In this document: piece after piece, positions 8,945 to 18,222 of the stretch
Layout: each line of letters begins with the position of its first letter
Numbering within the stretch: position 1 is the first letter of the stretch
Assembly: GCA_050015395.1 (NCBI GenBank)
Contig: JBEKBM010000026.1
Span: 1-45,902 of the forward strand
Reading direction: 5' to 3'
DNA length: 45,902 nucleotides
Source of the DNA: Candidatus Bathyarchaeia archaeon
GTDB taxonomy: Archaea > Thermoproteota > Bathyarchaeia > Bathyarchaeales > Bathycorpusculaceae
Notes under the pieces: model-generated
What the model was told of the DNA's origin: nothing
The model's input: the letters and a program-made list of their open reading frames with translations, nothing else
Database searches by the model: none
Made by a program: the position numbers and the translations under genes

Positions 8945-9778
8945 TTATAGGACTCCTCGCCATTCTGAAAAAACGTTATGATCGTGAATGGACTCTATGC
9001 TCACGCATTTAACTTTACAATACCTATTTGGATACTTTTCTTTTAATAGCTGCACGCACTTTCTCGTCACATCTTCCACGAATCTGGCGTTTTCATGCAT
9101 TTTTTCCACCACTTTCTTTTCTTCAGACCTTTTTAATAATGAAAATATAGGTGAACTAAAACTCTGACTGCAAATCTCGATGACATCTAGCAGTTGGATT
9201 TTTTGGTTTGAGGTGTCGATTTCGACCTTGAGGCTGCCTCTTTGGTTGTGAGTTAGGCCGTTGCACATTGCTTTTGAGCATGGGCAAGCTAAGGCTCCAT
9301 TAATTTGAATGCCTGCAGTTTTCCTTTTTGTCTTAGTAGAGAATTTGGCGAACATTTGAGCAATTGAATTTTCTTTCTCTCCACTTGGCCTCGTCCTTTC
9401 GTAAGGAAGTTCACCGAAGACTTCAGTCTGACAATCAAATCCATGTTTTTCTAATGCTTGTTTTGAAATCAGTTCAGCCAAATCTTCTATTGACGAAGCG
9501 GTGGTGGGTGTCGCCTCTACTGATTCAACAAGTCGGCTCATGTGGACACCGCGAAGATTAGCTGGCAAGGTTATGTAACTGTTTATGGTAACAATAACGT
9601 TGTAGGTAGCTTTAGCCCTTTTCAAAGAAACTAGTTTCCTTAGACCTACAATGCCAACTTTTTCTAGCTCAATCTCGTTTTCGGGCTTTTGATTTTGAAC
9701 ATCGATAGTCAAGAACCCTTTACCATCCTGCGCCTTAGCCCTCAATTTTCTAGTTTCCACCATTTTACCCGTATCCAA
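8945..9778 (-). CDS. folE2: GTP cyclohydrolase FolE2/MptA family
   Basis: DVQ, RGVHMSRL, CPCS, HNQRG, LKRSEE, FVEDVTR, ESIHDHN. Confidence 0.9.
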   Translation of the reverse strand: MDTGKMVETRKLRAKAQDGKGFLTIDVQNQKPENEIELEKVGIVGLRKLVSLKRAKATYNVIVTINSYITLPANLRGVHMSRLVESVEATPTTASSIEDLAELISKQALEKHGFDCQTEVFGELPYERTRPSGEKENSIAQMFAKFSTKTKRKTAGIQINGALACPCSKAMCNGLTHNQRGSLKVEIDTSNQKIQLLDVIEICSQSFSSPIFSLLKRSEEKKVVEKMHENARFVEDVTRKCVQLLKEKYPNRYCKVKCVSIESIHDHNVFSEWRGVL

Positions 9779-9897
9779 GTGACCGCAATGGTGATGTGGC
9801 TTATTATTCTTTACTTTATGATTTCCCGATTTATTTTATTTTAGTGCACCCAGATATTTGTAATGTCTGCCGCCCATCAGTAAAGTTGCAGTTTTGA

Positions 9898-10229
9898 TTG
9901 TGCAAGATAATTCTGGCTAATGTAAGAACCGAACACATTATGCATATTACTTTTAGAGGCGACAGAAACAATAACAAAATGGAAAGAATGAACGGAGAAG
10001 TCAGAGGCAGAGAAAAAGTAATGAGAGGATTAAAAATCAATGAAACTCCAATCCTTAAGGCTACCAACTATTCCACAACTATATCCGACCTCACGAAGGT
10101 TTAGGCGGCAAAACTCCCTCGGAAGCTTGCGGAATAACAATCGAAGGAAAGAACAGATGGCTCACTCTAATCCAGAACACGAGTCAACAGATTAGAAGTA
10201 ACGCTCAGAAGAAAATGACAGAGAGGTAA
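9898..10229 (+). pseudogene. IS6-family/DDE transposase C-terminal remnant, frameshifted
   Basis: NNNKMERMNGEVRGREKVMRGLK, then after a frameshift near 10058 GYQLFHNYIRPHEGLGGKTPSEACGITIEGKNRWLTLIQN. Confidence 0.8.
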
Positions 10230-10340
10230 CAGAACTGACATTCAAAACTGTTATATATGAAGCACCCGTTAAAGTTAAGTGGTCAGGCGATTTATTTGGC
10301 TATATCTGAGAGAAAAACATATTCAAAAATTCCAACTCCA

Positions 10341-10589
10341 ATGGGTTTTATAGATGCACTTGACCTTAATTTCAAAGTCATAAAGGAAGATTGGAATATC
10401 TATGAGTTAGAAGATGGAACACAATTAAGAGTTAGGATAAACGTGTCTAAAATATCGCGGGGGATAGACCCAAAGACGGGGGAGGTGTTTATCGGACCCA
10501 CTGGTGAGCCATTCTATAATGTTGTTGCAAATACAACCATGGTTGCAAATGTTCCGAAAGAAACTTTGGAGAAACTAACCAAGAAATAG
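10341..10589 (+). CDS. Small hypothetical protein (IS cargo)
   Basis: EDWNIYELEDGTQLRVR...GEPFYNV; likely start ATG 10341 (track ORF starts at 10257). Confidence 0.65.
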   Translation: MGFIDALDLNFKVIKEDWNIYELEDGTQLRVRINVSKISRGIDPKTGEVFIGPTGEPFYNVVANTTMVANVPKETLEKLTKK

Positions 10590-10598
10590 AGTGATTAG

Positions 10599-10961
10599 AT
10601 GGAAACAGTAGAGGATATCGCAGAACAAAACATAGTAGAACAAAACATTTCACTAACTCTTAACCAATCTGATGGACTACTAAACTGTGGATTTATAATT
10701 TATGCATCTAACCAAAATAACAGTCTGATTACTAATTCTCAACCGATTCTGACTATGATTATGGGAAAAAACATTAAAGATCCACTATTTTTCTTCTTGG
10801 AAGAGCAGGAAGAAGGCGGATTTGTGGCTTTTTCTAGAGAATTTGTTGGTGCAATAGGTCAAGGTGAAACTGCTGAGGACGCAATAGCGGATATTGAGGA
10901 AGCTATTAGGCTTCTTAAAGAAGTTATTGATGAAGATAAAGCATCTGAAGATAAAAAGTGA
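10599..10961 (+). CDS. hicB: HicB-like antitoxin
   Basis: EEEGGFVA...GAIGQGETAEDAIADIEEAI motif. Confidence 0.8.
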   Translation: METVEDIAEQNIVEQNISLTLNQSDGLLNCGFIIYASNQNNSLITNSQPILTMIMGKNIKDPLFFFLEEQEEGGFVAFSREFVGAIGQGETAEDAIADIEEAIRLLKEVIDEDKASEDKK

Positions 10962-11191
10962 AGTGGTGTCTGAGGATTTCTCCTGTCTCTGGTCAAGATG
11001 CTCTAAAGGCACTTCAAAAGAAGGGATTTAGAATCCGTAAGGGAAAAGGCGACCATATTGTTGTAGATAAACCAAGTGATAATGTAAATCCCTTCGTAGT
11101 TCCTCTTAAGCATGAACTAAAAAAAGGAACATTACACTTTATCATCACGTCATCTAAAGACTTCAAAGAGGACTTTGAAAGACTTTTTTAA
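10958..11191 (+). CDS. hicA: HicA-like mRNA interferase toxin
   Basis: SGQDALKALQKKGFRIRKGKGDH...VVPLKHELKKGTLHFII; overlaps the hicB stop by 4 nt. Confidence 0.82.
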   Translation: MKWCLRISPVSGQDALKALQKKGFRIRKGKGDHIVVDKPSDNVNPFVVPLKHELKKGTLHFIITSSKDFKEDFERLF

Positions 11192-11429
11192 TGGCGCGTA
11201 TAATGTCACAAGGACATCACCCGATGTGCAACACGCAAAACCATCACCCTAAGATGAAACAACCTCATTTCTAAACTTGAGTTTCGAATTACTGGTTATG
11301 CATAAATCTTATCTCTCTTAACTATCAACCGAAAGTTGACATGGCGAACCATCAACCGAAGCCTTGACAGAACCCTAATCTAATAGGTTTATTAGTTTCG
11401 ACTTAATTAATTGCGTCTTTAAAAATTGC

Positions 11430-12392
11430 TTGGTGGTTTATTTGGAGAAGTTGGTGATAAGTGCTCCGGCACATTTGCACACTGGTAATTTTGATTTAAC
11501 TGGCGATTTAGGTAGACTCTATGGAACTGTAGGTTTCGCCATTGATCTTCTGCTTGAAGTTGAAGTTGCCAAAGCCAAAGGAATCAAGGCTGAAGATAAA
11601 GATGCATACAAATTTGCGAAACGCTTTGTGGAAAAAACGCACATAGAAGGCGCAGAAGTCCATATTAAGAGGGAGATTCCAAAGTTTGTCGGCTTAGGTT
11701 TTCACACCACGTTAGCGCTCTCAATAGGCGTTGGATTATCCAAGCTGTACGAGTTGAATTTGAGCGTTGAAGATGTCGCATTAATTATGGGCAGAGGAAC
11801 AATAACTGCCTTAGGCGTGTACGCATTCAAGACGGGTGGATTCATAATTGAAGGCGGCTTCAAAGTTAACCAAAGAGAAAAGATGGTTCCTCCGCTCATA
11901 TTCCAAAGCGCGTTACCGAAAAACTGGTTTTTCGTCGTAGCTGTTCCCGAAGAATCCAGACTCAAAATAGCTAAGCTCCGAGAAAAAGAAGATGAAATTC
12001 TCGGGAACCTAAAAGTGATGCCTAAAGAGTTATCCGACGAGCTCTCAAGACTGGTTTTGGTTAAGCTCATGCCTGCCTTCGTAGAAAAAGATCTCAAAGT
12101 ATTCGGGGAAGCACTAACCGAGTTTAATCAAAAGCTCGGTCGATTTTGGAAGGACTATCAAGAAGGAACTTACTGCAATCAAGTGGTAGAAGAAGGCGTC
12201 AAACTCATGCTGCGCCGAAGCTCATGCGCATGCCAAACTTCTTGGGGACCAACGTTCTACTCAATAGTAAAAGGAGAGAGCGAAGCGAAACGCTTAACCG
12301 AGGAGTTAAAGCAATATTTGAACAAAAACGGTGGCGGAGAAGTATTCTACACTAAAGCGAATAATTCTGGCGCTTCCGTTTTGGAGGCATAA
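11430..12392 (+). CDS. Beta-ribofuranosylaminobenzene 5'-phosphate (RFAP) synthase family, divergent paralog 1
   Basis: PAHLHTGNFDLTGDLGRLYGTVG, IPKFVGLGFHT, GGFIIEGG, QTSWGPT; GHMP fold. Confidence 0.8.
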   Translation: MVVYLEKLVISAPAHLHTGNFDLTGDLGRLYGTVGFAIDLLLEVEVAKAKGIKAEDKDAYKFAKRFVEKTHIEGAEVHIKREIPKFVGLGFHTTLALSIGVGLSKLYELNLSVEDVALIMGRGTITALGVYAFKTGGFIIEGGFKVNQREKMVPPLIFQSALPKNWFFVVAVPEESRLKIAKLREKEDEILGNLKVMPKELSDELSRLVLVKLMPAFVEKDLKVFGEALTEFNQKLGRFWKDYQEGTYCNQVVEEGVKLMLRRSSCACQTSWGPTFYSIVKGESEAKRLTEELKQYLNKNGGGEVFYTKANNSGASVLEA

Positions 12393-12395
12393 AAA

Positions 12396-13547
12396 ATGGT
12401 CAAAGCCATTGGTATAGATTCCGGAACAAAAACCATGGACATCTACGGCTTCGATGACAAAAACGGAAAGGTTTTAATTGACTTAGCCATCCCAAGAGAT
12501 GAAATAACCAAAAAACCCAGCCTCATAATTGAAAAGCTTAAAGAAACCCAACTGACTGCGGGTTTCATAGATGCAATTGTTGGTCCTTCTGGCTATGGAA
12601 TGCCTCTTCAACAAGCAAGGGATGCAAGCTATGCAGATATAGCATTGGCAACTTTTGTAACTGAGGCTGACGTGGAAAAGAAGCTGAAGATCATTGGCTT
12701 AAGAGAAGCCATGAAAATGATGAAGACCACCGAAGACCTAAAGGTTTGGTTTACGCCGTCAGTGGTTCACTTAACAACGGTTCCCAAGTACAGAAAGGCT
12801 AACAAAATAGACATGGGTACATCTGATAAAGTTCTCAGTGCTGTTTTAGCGGTTAAGAATCAAGCAGAAAGACTGAAAATCCGTTATGATGAAACCAATT
12901 TTATCCTTTTGGAAATAGGATTTGCGTATACTTCGGCGCTGGCGATTAGAAACGGCCAAATAATTGATGCTATGGCTGGGACTGCAGGCTTTCCCTCCTA
13001 CCTGGGTATGGGCTTTGTTGATTCAGAGCTGGTATACGCCTTGGCTAACACGGTTAAAGATTTCTCAAAACTCATGCTTTTCTCTGGAGGGTGCTCATCG
13101 GTTGCTGGAATTGATCAGTCAAAGCCCTTAGAAGAGTTCGTTAGTCTTGCTAAAAGCAACGAAGAAGTGAGAGCGGGATATGACCTGATGATGGAATCAA
13201 TAGTTAAGGATGTTGCCTCACTTTTACCCTCAATTAAGCCCAAAGAAGTGATGCTAAGTGGGAGATTTGTAAATATGCCAGAATTCCTCGACGCGATAAA
13301 AATTAGGTTGCAAGATTTCTTTAGCGAGATTGGATCACACGTAGATGCCGTGAAATTTCAAGGCGAGGCAAAGATGTCTAAACAAGCGGCAGAAGGCGCA
13401 GCAGTGTTTGCCAACGGGATAGCTCACGGCAAATTCGAAGAAATAATCCGCGTCATGAAGCTAAGAGAAAGTGAAGGAACAATCTTTGATAATCTTTTTC
13501 TTGGCGAGACGGTGAAAAAAGGGTTAGATGTTTTCAAAAAACCGTAA
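12396..13547 (+). CDS. DUF1464 family (ASKHA/butyrate-kinase-like) protein
   Basis: GIDSGTKT, GPSGYG, RKANKIDMGTSDK, LEIGFAYT, KQAAEGAA. Confidence 0.85.
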   Translation: MVKAIGIDSGTKTMDIYGFDDKNGKVLIDLAIPRDEITKKPSLIIEKLKETQLTAGFIDAIVGPSGYGMPLQQARDASYADIALATFVTEADVEKKLKIIGLREAMKMMKTTEDLKVWFTPSVVHLTTVPKYRKANKIDMGTSDKVLSAVLAVKNQAERLKIRYDETNFILLEIGFAYTSALAIRNGQIIDAMAGTAGFPSYLGMGFVDSELVYALANTVKDFSKLMLFSGGCSSVAGIDQSKPLEEFVSLAKSNEEVRAGYDLMMESIVKDVASLLPSIKPKEVMLSGRFVNMPEFLDAIKIRLQDFFSEIGSHVDAVKFQGEAKMSKQAAEGAAVFANGIAHGKFEEIIRVMKLRESEGTIFDNLFLGETVKKGLDVFKKP

Positions 13548-13590
13548 AACGCTATTAGTTAAGCAGTCTGTTTTTCACTAGTTTTGCATT

Positions 13591-14379
13591 TCAGATAAGG
13601 TTTTGTAAATCTGCAGTTTTGATGTTTCTAAATCCTTCAATGTTTTCCCCGTTTAACGTGATATTGTAAAGTTTTATTTTTTCACCATTTTCAACAGCTA
13701 GCCATTCAAGCAATTCTTTACCGATCTTGAGTTTTTTTCTCTTAACTTCAATTGATGCTACATGCTTCTTGGAGTATTTGCCTACGGTGTATCCGAAATC
13801 CATTCCAGCTAATGCAATCAGTTTAGCCCCCATCCCTGCTGCTAGAAAAACTGCTCGGTCACCATCAGTGAAACCCAGAAAATTGTACACATTAGAACGA
13901 GGATGCACCTGTGTGCTACCTATAGCTTTGGAAAACGCTGGCACATATTTTTTCAGCCTATCAATATTATCTCCATGCGCATGAATAACCACGATAGCCC
14001 CTAGATTCTGAGCGTAAATAATATCGCTAATTGTTCCATCCAAGTCGGTTACGATTACATTCGGCGCTGTTCCTGATATTTCAACGAAAGCTGTTGTCGC
14101 TCCATCGGCCACAACGGTCACAGTCTTTTGCAAGAGTCCTTCTTTCATGACTTGTCTGAGGTCTTCTTCAAGAGATGGACCAGCACCAAAAACCAACACG
14201 GGTCTATTTTCAATTAGCTTCCTTAGCTCAGCCACATGCCCAGCCCGCTCAGCCAGCAATGTGCTTAGCAAATCAGTTGCTCGCTGGTCCCCGCGCTGGT
14301 CGTACCCGAAGGTTTCAAGAATTTTGTTATACCACGGCAGCCAATCCGCTAATGTAAAGTTCACGTTTTCTTTCCTCAA
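13591..14379 (-). CDS. mptE: 6-hydroxymethyl-7,8-dihydropterin pyrophosphokinase MptE
   Basis: GAGPSL, ADGAT, VTDLDG, HAHGDN, GFTDGDRA, LAGMDFG. Confidence 0.88.
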   Translation of the reverse strand: MRKENVNFTLADWLPWYNKILETFGYDQRGDQRATDLLSTLLAERAGHVAELRKLIENRPVLVFGAGPSLEEDLRQVMKEGLLQKTVTVVADGATTAFVEISGTAPNVIVTDLDGTISDIIYAQNLGAIVVIHAHGDNIDRLKKYVPAFSKAIGSTQVHPRSNVYNFLGFTDGDRAVFLAAGMGAKLIALAGMDFGYTVGKYSKKHVASIEVKRKKLKIGKELLEWLAVENGEKIKLYNITLNGENIEGFRNIKTADLQNLI

Positions 14380-14419
14380 TTATTCTGAATAAATCTTGCT
14401 TTTTCATCGTTCTACCAAC

Positions 14420-15427
14420 TCATGGATTCTGTGAAGTTGTTGATTTTATGTAGGCTCCTTTATTGTTTGCTGTTGTGAAGAATACTTGCCCGCCAATGCT
14501 TTCTTGCAAGAACCTCCTAGTCGAAATTGATAATTTTTTTGCTTCTACTTCTCTATGGGCAAGTCCGTAAACGGTTGGACCCCAGGAACTTTGCCCAGCG
14601 CCATGGGCTCCGTTTTCCAGCATGTGCTTTATGCAGTCTCCTGCTGGGGAGCTTGAGAATCGTGCTCCTTGAACCGTTGCAAAGTAGTCTCCCGCTATAT
14701 TTTGAATTTCGGTTAAGGATTTTCCAAAAGTTTCTATGTCTCTTTCCTTGAGTGCTGGCAGCAGACCCATAACTATTAGATGACTTATGAGGGCGGCTTT
14801 TTCTTTATGCATAGGCTGCAAATGCTTAAGCGCTGTGGCTTCCTGTTGACCAGATAATCCTTTCTTAACATTGGGGATAGCTACAACAAAAAACCAATCC
14901 TCTGGAAATGACTGACGGAATATTACAGGCGGAAAGTTTATCAATGCTTGTGGATTGGGCTTGTTTCCTTGACTTTTTAATCCAGCTTCAACAACAAAAC
15001 CGCCTTGCTCGAAAAGTGCTGTTCCCACACCAGAAACCTGTCCCCTTCCCGTTAAACGCGCAAGACTTTCAACCGAGACCTTCAAACGAAAAAGCCTTGA
15101 TACTGCAACGGCGGCGGCTAACGATAACTGGGTTCCGGAGCCTAATCCAACGTGCTCGGGGATAGTTTGCCTTACGTTAATAGAAACTTGGGGTTTTATG
15201 TTATATTTCTTAAGCAGTAGCTCCACTATGGGTCGTAAATTTTCGCTTTTTTCGCCCTTAAATTCAAGATTTTGGGATGATTCAGCCTCAAGAATGACGT
15301 TAGGACGATTTACAGCTACTCCTATTCCGCCAAAAACCCGCCCCAGCTCGCCTCCTAAATCAATAAGTCCTAAGTGAAGTCTGGCTGGCGTTCTAACGTA
15401 GACCTTCATTCTTAACCGTCCATGCAC
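14420..15427 (-). CDS. mptG: RFAP synthase, canonical paralog 2
   Basis: TPARLHLGLIDL, IPEHVGLGSGTQ, GRGQVSGVG, GQSSWGPT; probable start at 15409. Confidence 0.87.
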   Translation of the reverse strand: MHGRLRMKVYVRTPARLHLGLIDLGGELGRVFGGIGVAVNRPNVILEAESSQNLEFKGEKSENLRPIVELLLKKYNIKPQVSINVRQTIPEHVGLGSGTQLSLAAAVAVSRLFRLKVSVESLARLTGRGQVSGVGTALFEQGGFVVEAGLKSQGNKPNPQALINFPPVIFRQSFPEDWFFVVAIPNVKKGLSGQQEATALKHLQPMHKEKAALISHLIVMGLLPALKERDIETFGKSLTEIQNIAGDYFATVQGARFSSSPAGDCIKHMLENGAHGAGQSSWGPTVYGLAHREVEAKKLSISTRRFLQESIGGQVFFTTANNKGAYIKSTTSQNP

Positions 15428-15750
15428 CTATCTTTTGGGTTAAATTAGCTGTTCCCAAGCAGCTTAAAGTTGAAGCTGCGTGAGCCGTGAAGTACCATCG
15501 GTAAAATTCGATTATATCTATTAACCTTTGCGTTTAATTTTTGGTTTATCTGTATTTTCTCTCAAATAAGCGAGATTCACTGTTTAAGTATTTGACATTT
15601 TAGGCAACTACACAATCTTAGTTAGAGCGAGGTTGGATTGTTGGAAACTCGCAGATGCAGTTGTAGATCTGGCAAAAACCTTCTTTACCGTGTACATCAA
15701 GTCAGTTTCGCCGTTTTTGGCAAGAGGATTTGCAACAGTGAAGTATGGTT

Positions 15751-15904
15751 CTGCACAATAACGGGTGTTTTAGGGTTTATTGTGCAGTTCAGAACTAAAA
15801 TTTTATCCCCCAAAACCCCAAAGTAAGTAAAAGCAAAATATAAAATTTTTGCACTTACTTACTATCTGCTTGAGAAGAAGAAAAATAAAAGGCGGGCAGA
15901 TAGT
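15751..15904. repeat. Three consecutive inverted repeats (stem-loops)
   Basis: CTGCACAATAA/TTATTGTGCAG 15751-15787; AAGTAAGT..GCAAAA/TTTTGC-ACTTACTT 15821-15860; ACTATCTGC/GCAGATAGT 15861-15904. Confidence 0.6.
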
Positions 15905-15927
15905 TGAATTTGATTATTTTTTTGTTT

Positions 15928-17157
15928 TTATGGCCCGACACCTAAGGTTCCGTAGGGTTGTCCGACTCTGATCCCTATTCCGCCAGAATGGAAAGTGGGA
16001 CCTACTCCTTGCGGTGTTATCTCTTGAAAGACTGGGTCTACTCTGTATCCTACTATATCTCCGCCGGTGCTGTGACTATATGTCTGGGTGAAGGGCAGGG
16101 TGGTCGAGTTAGTGTTTGACCCCAATGTAGGCGTAGTCCCCAATTGTATGCTCGTGGGGGCCGTGTTTGTTGCTACATACGTCTGCTGAAAAACATCGTA
16201 GCCAACGAGGTTATATTTGGATGGGTCAAATAAGGGCTTGTCCCAACTAAGAGTAACCAGACCGGGCGTCATCCAATCCCCGTTCAAGAACGGTAACGCT
16301 CCCAACGGAGATGGCCCAACTGACGCTCCGGGACCGCCAATGTTAACGCCTCCTGGCTCAATCGGACCAGCATTAAGGCCGAACGTGGTTGATTGTGCGG
16401 ATTGGGCGGGCGGGGCTGCCGGTGAAACTGTATATCCCACTGGGTGTGAATTCCGCAACTTTGCTTTTTTCGACTTGCGTGCGCTCCCGAAATTTTTCAT
16501 TTTCCTTTTTGCAATTGTGATTCCACCTATCATTGCAATTGGAAAGGCTATACACCCTGCTAAAAACAGTGCTCCTATAGTCGCTGCGTTAGCTCCGGTT
16601 GCCCCTACAGCCACTCCTAAACTTGAAAAGAATCCTGAACCTGACGAGCTGCTTCCCCCGTTACTGCTTCCGCCAGATGTTTTTGTGGCAGTAAAGTCCA
16701 TGCTGTAACTCCTTTGCCCTAATGGGTCTGAAATGGTGCCGGAGATTGTTCCGCTTGCTGATGTGGCAGCTGGAAATGCTGCGTTGAGTGTTCCAACGCC
16801 ATTACCGTAGATGTATCCGTTTCCGCTATCATACGATGCAGTTTCCGTAAAAGTAATTGATGTCCCCGACATCGTACCGACCTCCGAAATATCATAGGTA
16901 CCCTGCGATGTGCTACCGGTGAAACCTTGGGACGTAAAATCGCCATCCGATAACACATCTAATGTTCCAGAGTGAGAACCACTCTCCGACGTCACAACCA
17001 TGTTCCAAGTCTGAAATGTCGATTGCCCGGCTGCCATGTGAATTGGAACCGTAATTACAAGAATGACTGATAGAAGAACAATTACTGTTACAGGCAAAAT
17101 TTTCGCTATTTTATTTGTTTTCATCAAACCTAATCTCCTCTTCCCAAACCTGTTCAT
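15928..17157 (-). CDS. Membrane protein: signal peptide, extracellular beta domain, TM, cytoplasmic FN3-like domain
   Basis: N-terminal hydrophobic signal, Ser/Gly linker, TM plus basic patch, VTLSWDKP...GYDVF FN3-like pattern. Confidence 0.7.
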   Translation of the reverse strand: MNRFGKRRLGLMKTNKIAKILPVTVIVLLSVILVITVPIHMAAGQSTFQTWNMVVTSESGSHSGTLDVLSDGDFTSQGFTGSTSQGTYDISEVGTMSGTSITFTETASYDSGNGYIYGNGVGTLNAAFPAATSASGTISGTISDPLGQRSYSMDFTATKTSGGSSNGGSSSSGSGFFSSLGVAVGATGANAATIGALFLAGCIAFPIAMIGGITIAKRKMKNFGSARKSKKAKLRNSHPVGYTVSPAAPPAQSAQSTTFGLNAGPIEPGGVNIGGPGASVGPSPLGALPFLNGDWMTPGLVTLSWDKPLFDPSKYNLVGYDVFQQTYVATNTAPTSIQLGTTPTLGSNTNSTTLPFTQTYSHSTGGDIVGYRVDPVFQEITPQGVGPTFHSGGIGIRVGQPYGTLGVGP

Positions 17158-17264
17158 TATATTCTTCCCCTGCCTCTTTTATCAACAGCAAGTTATCGAT
17201 ATTAAACTTATGTAATTACCATAAGCCATAAGCACGGTATTAGAAAAAAATTCAAGGTTCTAGT

Positions 17265-17492
17265 ATGTTGAGGTGGGTTATGGTTGAGGCGGCGTGGGTT
17301 GCGGTGCGGCATGATGAGAAGCTTGGTGGCTTTTATGAGCGTGTGAGGGCTAGGCGTGGTGATCAGAAGGCTGTGGTGGCTGTTGCGTGTAAGATGCTGA
17401 AGATTGTTTGGTTTATGTTGACTAGGCGTGAGGCTTATGGTAATGTCAATGGGAAGCGTTATGGGGAAAAGCTAAAAAAGATTGATGCGTAA
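17265..17492 (+). pseudogene. IS110-family transposase C-terminal fragment
   Basis: LRWVMVEAAWVAVR...FYERV...KAVVAVACKMLKIVWFML; N-terminal DEDD domain absent; G/T-skewed composition differs from the flanks. Confidence 0.85.
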
Positions 17493-17808
17493 CTTGGCTT
17501 GCTGGCTTTCGGTTAGGATTGGTCGCTGGCTTTAGAGTAGCGGTCTTTCATGAGAGTATACCCTATAGTGGAGGCGTTTTGATGTAGGATTTTGTTTTTG
17601 GCTTCTGTCGGAAAAGGTGCTAAGGGGGATAGCGTTTATTAGTCTCGAAAAACATCTTTAGCATACCCGAAGGTTAGGGTAGAAGTCCTTGTTGCGTCAA
17701 ATCAAGCATGCGCTTGGTTGAGTGTTGCAATGGCTTTGATTGCTTATCGTTCACCTTAAACGAGGGTTGAAGAAAGTATCCGTGTCAAATTAATGGAGGA
17801 TTGTTTAA

Positions 17809-18207
17809 GTGATAGGAAGTAAAAAAACGATACTTGTTGTTGATGATGACAAATCGATACTTCGAACATTCACGCGCATTCTTCAAAAAAGCGGCTATGA
17901 AATTGACGTTGCAGAAACCGGAAAAGAAGCTATGGAGAAAGCAGAAAATCACCATTTCGATTTAGCATTGGTTGACATCAGGCTTCCAGATATGGATGGC
18001 ACAGATTTACTTGCTAAACTCAAAAAGCAATTACAGCACACCGTGAAAATAATGATTACTGGTTTTCCATCCTTAGAAACAGGCGTTAAAGCGCTTGATG
18101 AAGGCGCAGATGCTTACTTAGTTAAACCTGTGAAACCTCAGGAACTGCTGATGCTTCTGGAAGAGAAACTGAAAAACCGGGAAGAGCCACCTGAAGCAAG
18201 CATTTAA
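17809..18207 (+). CDS. Stand-alone response regulator receiver protein
   Basis: ILVVDDD, LVDIRLPDMDG, MITG, YLVKP. Confidence 0.93.
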   Translation: MIGSKKTILVVDDDKSILRTFTRILQKSGYEIDVAETGKEAMEKAENHHFDLALVDIRLPDMDGTDLLAKLKKQLQHTVKIMITGFPSLETGVKALDEGADAYLVKPVKPQELLMLLEEKLKNREEPPEASI

Positions 18208-18222
18208 AACATTGCGCTTAAG

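Larger units (their letters stand above)
9898..11374 (+). mobile_element. 5'-truncated IS6-like element with passenger genes
   Basis: Transposase remnant, three co-oriented cargo ORFs, and terminal CCTTGACAGAACC (revcomp GGTTCTGTCAAGG, an IS6-type IR) at 11362-11374. Confidence 0.6.
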
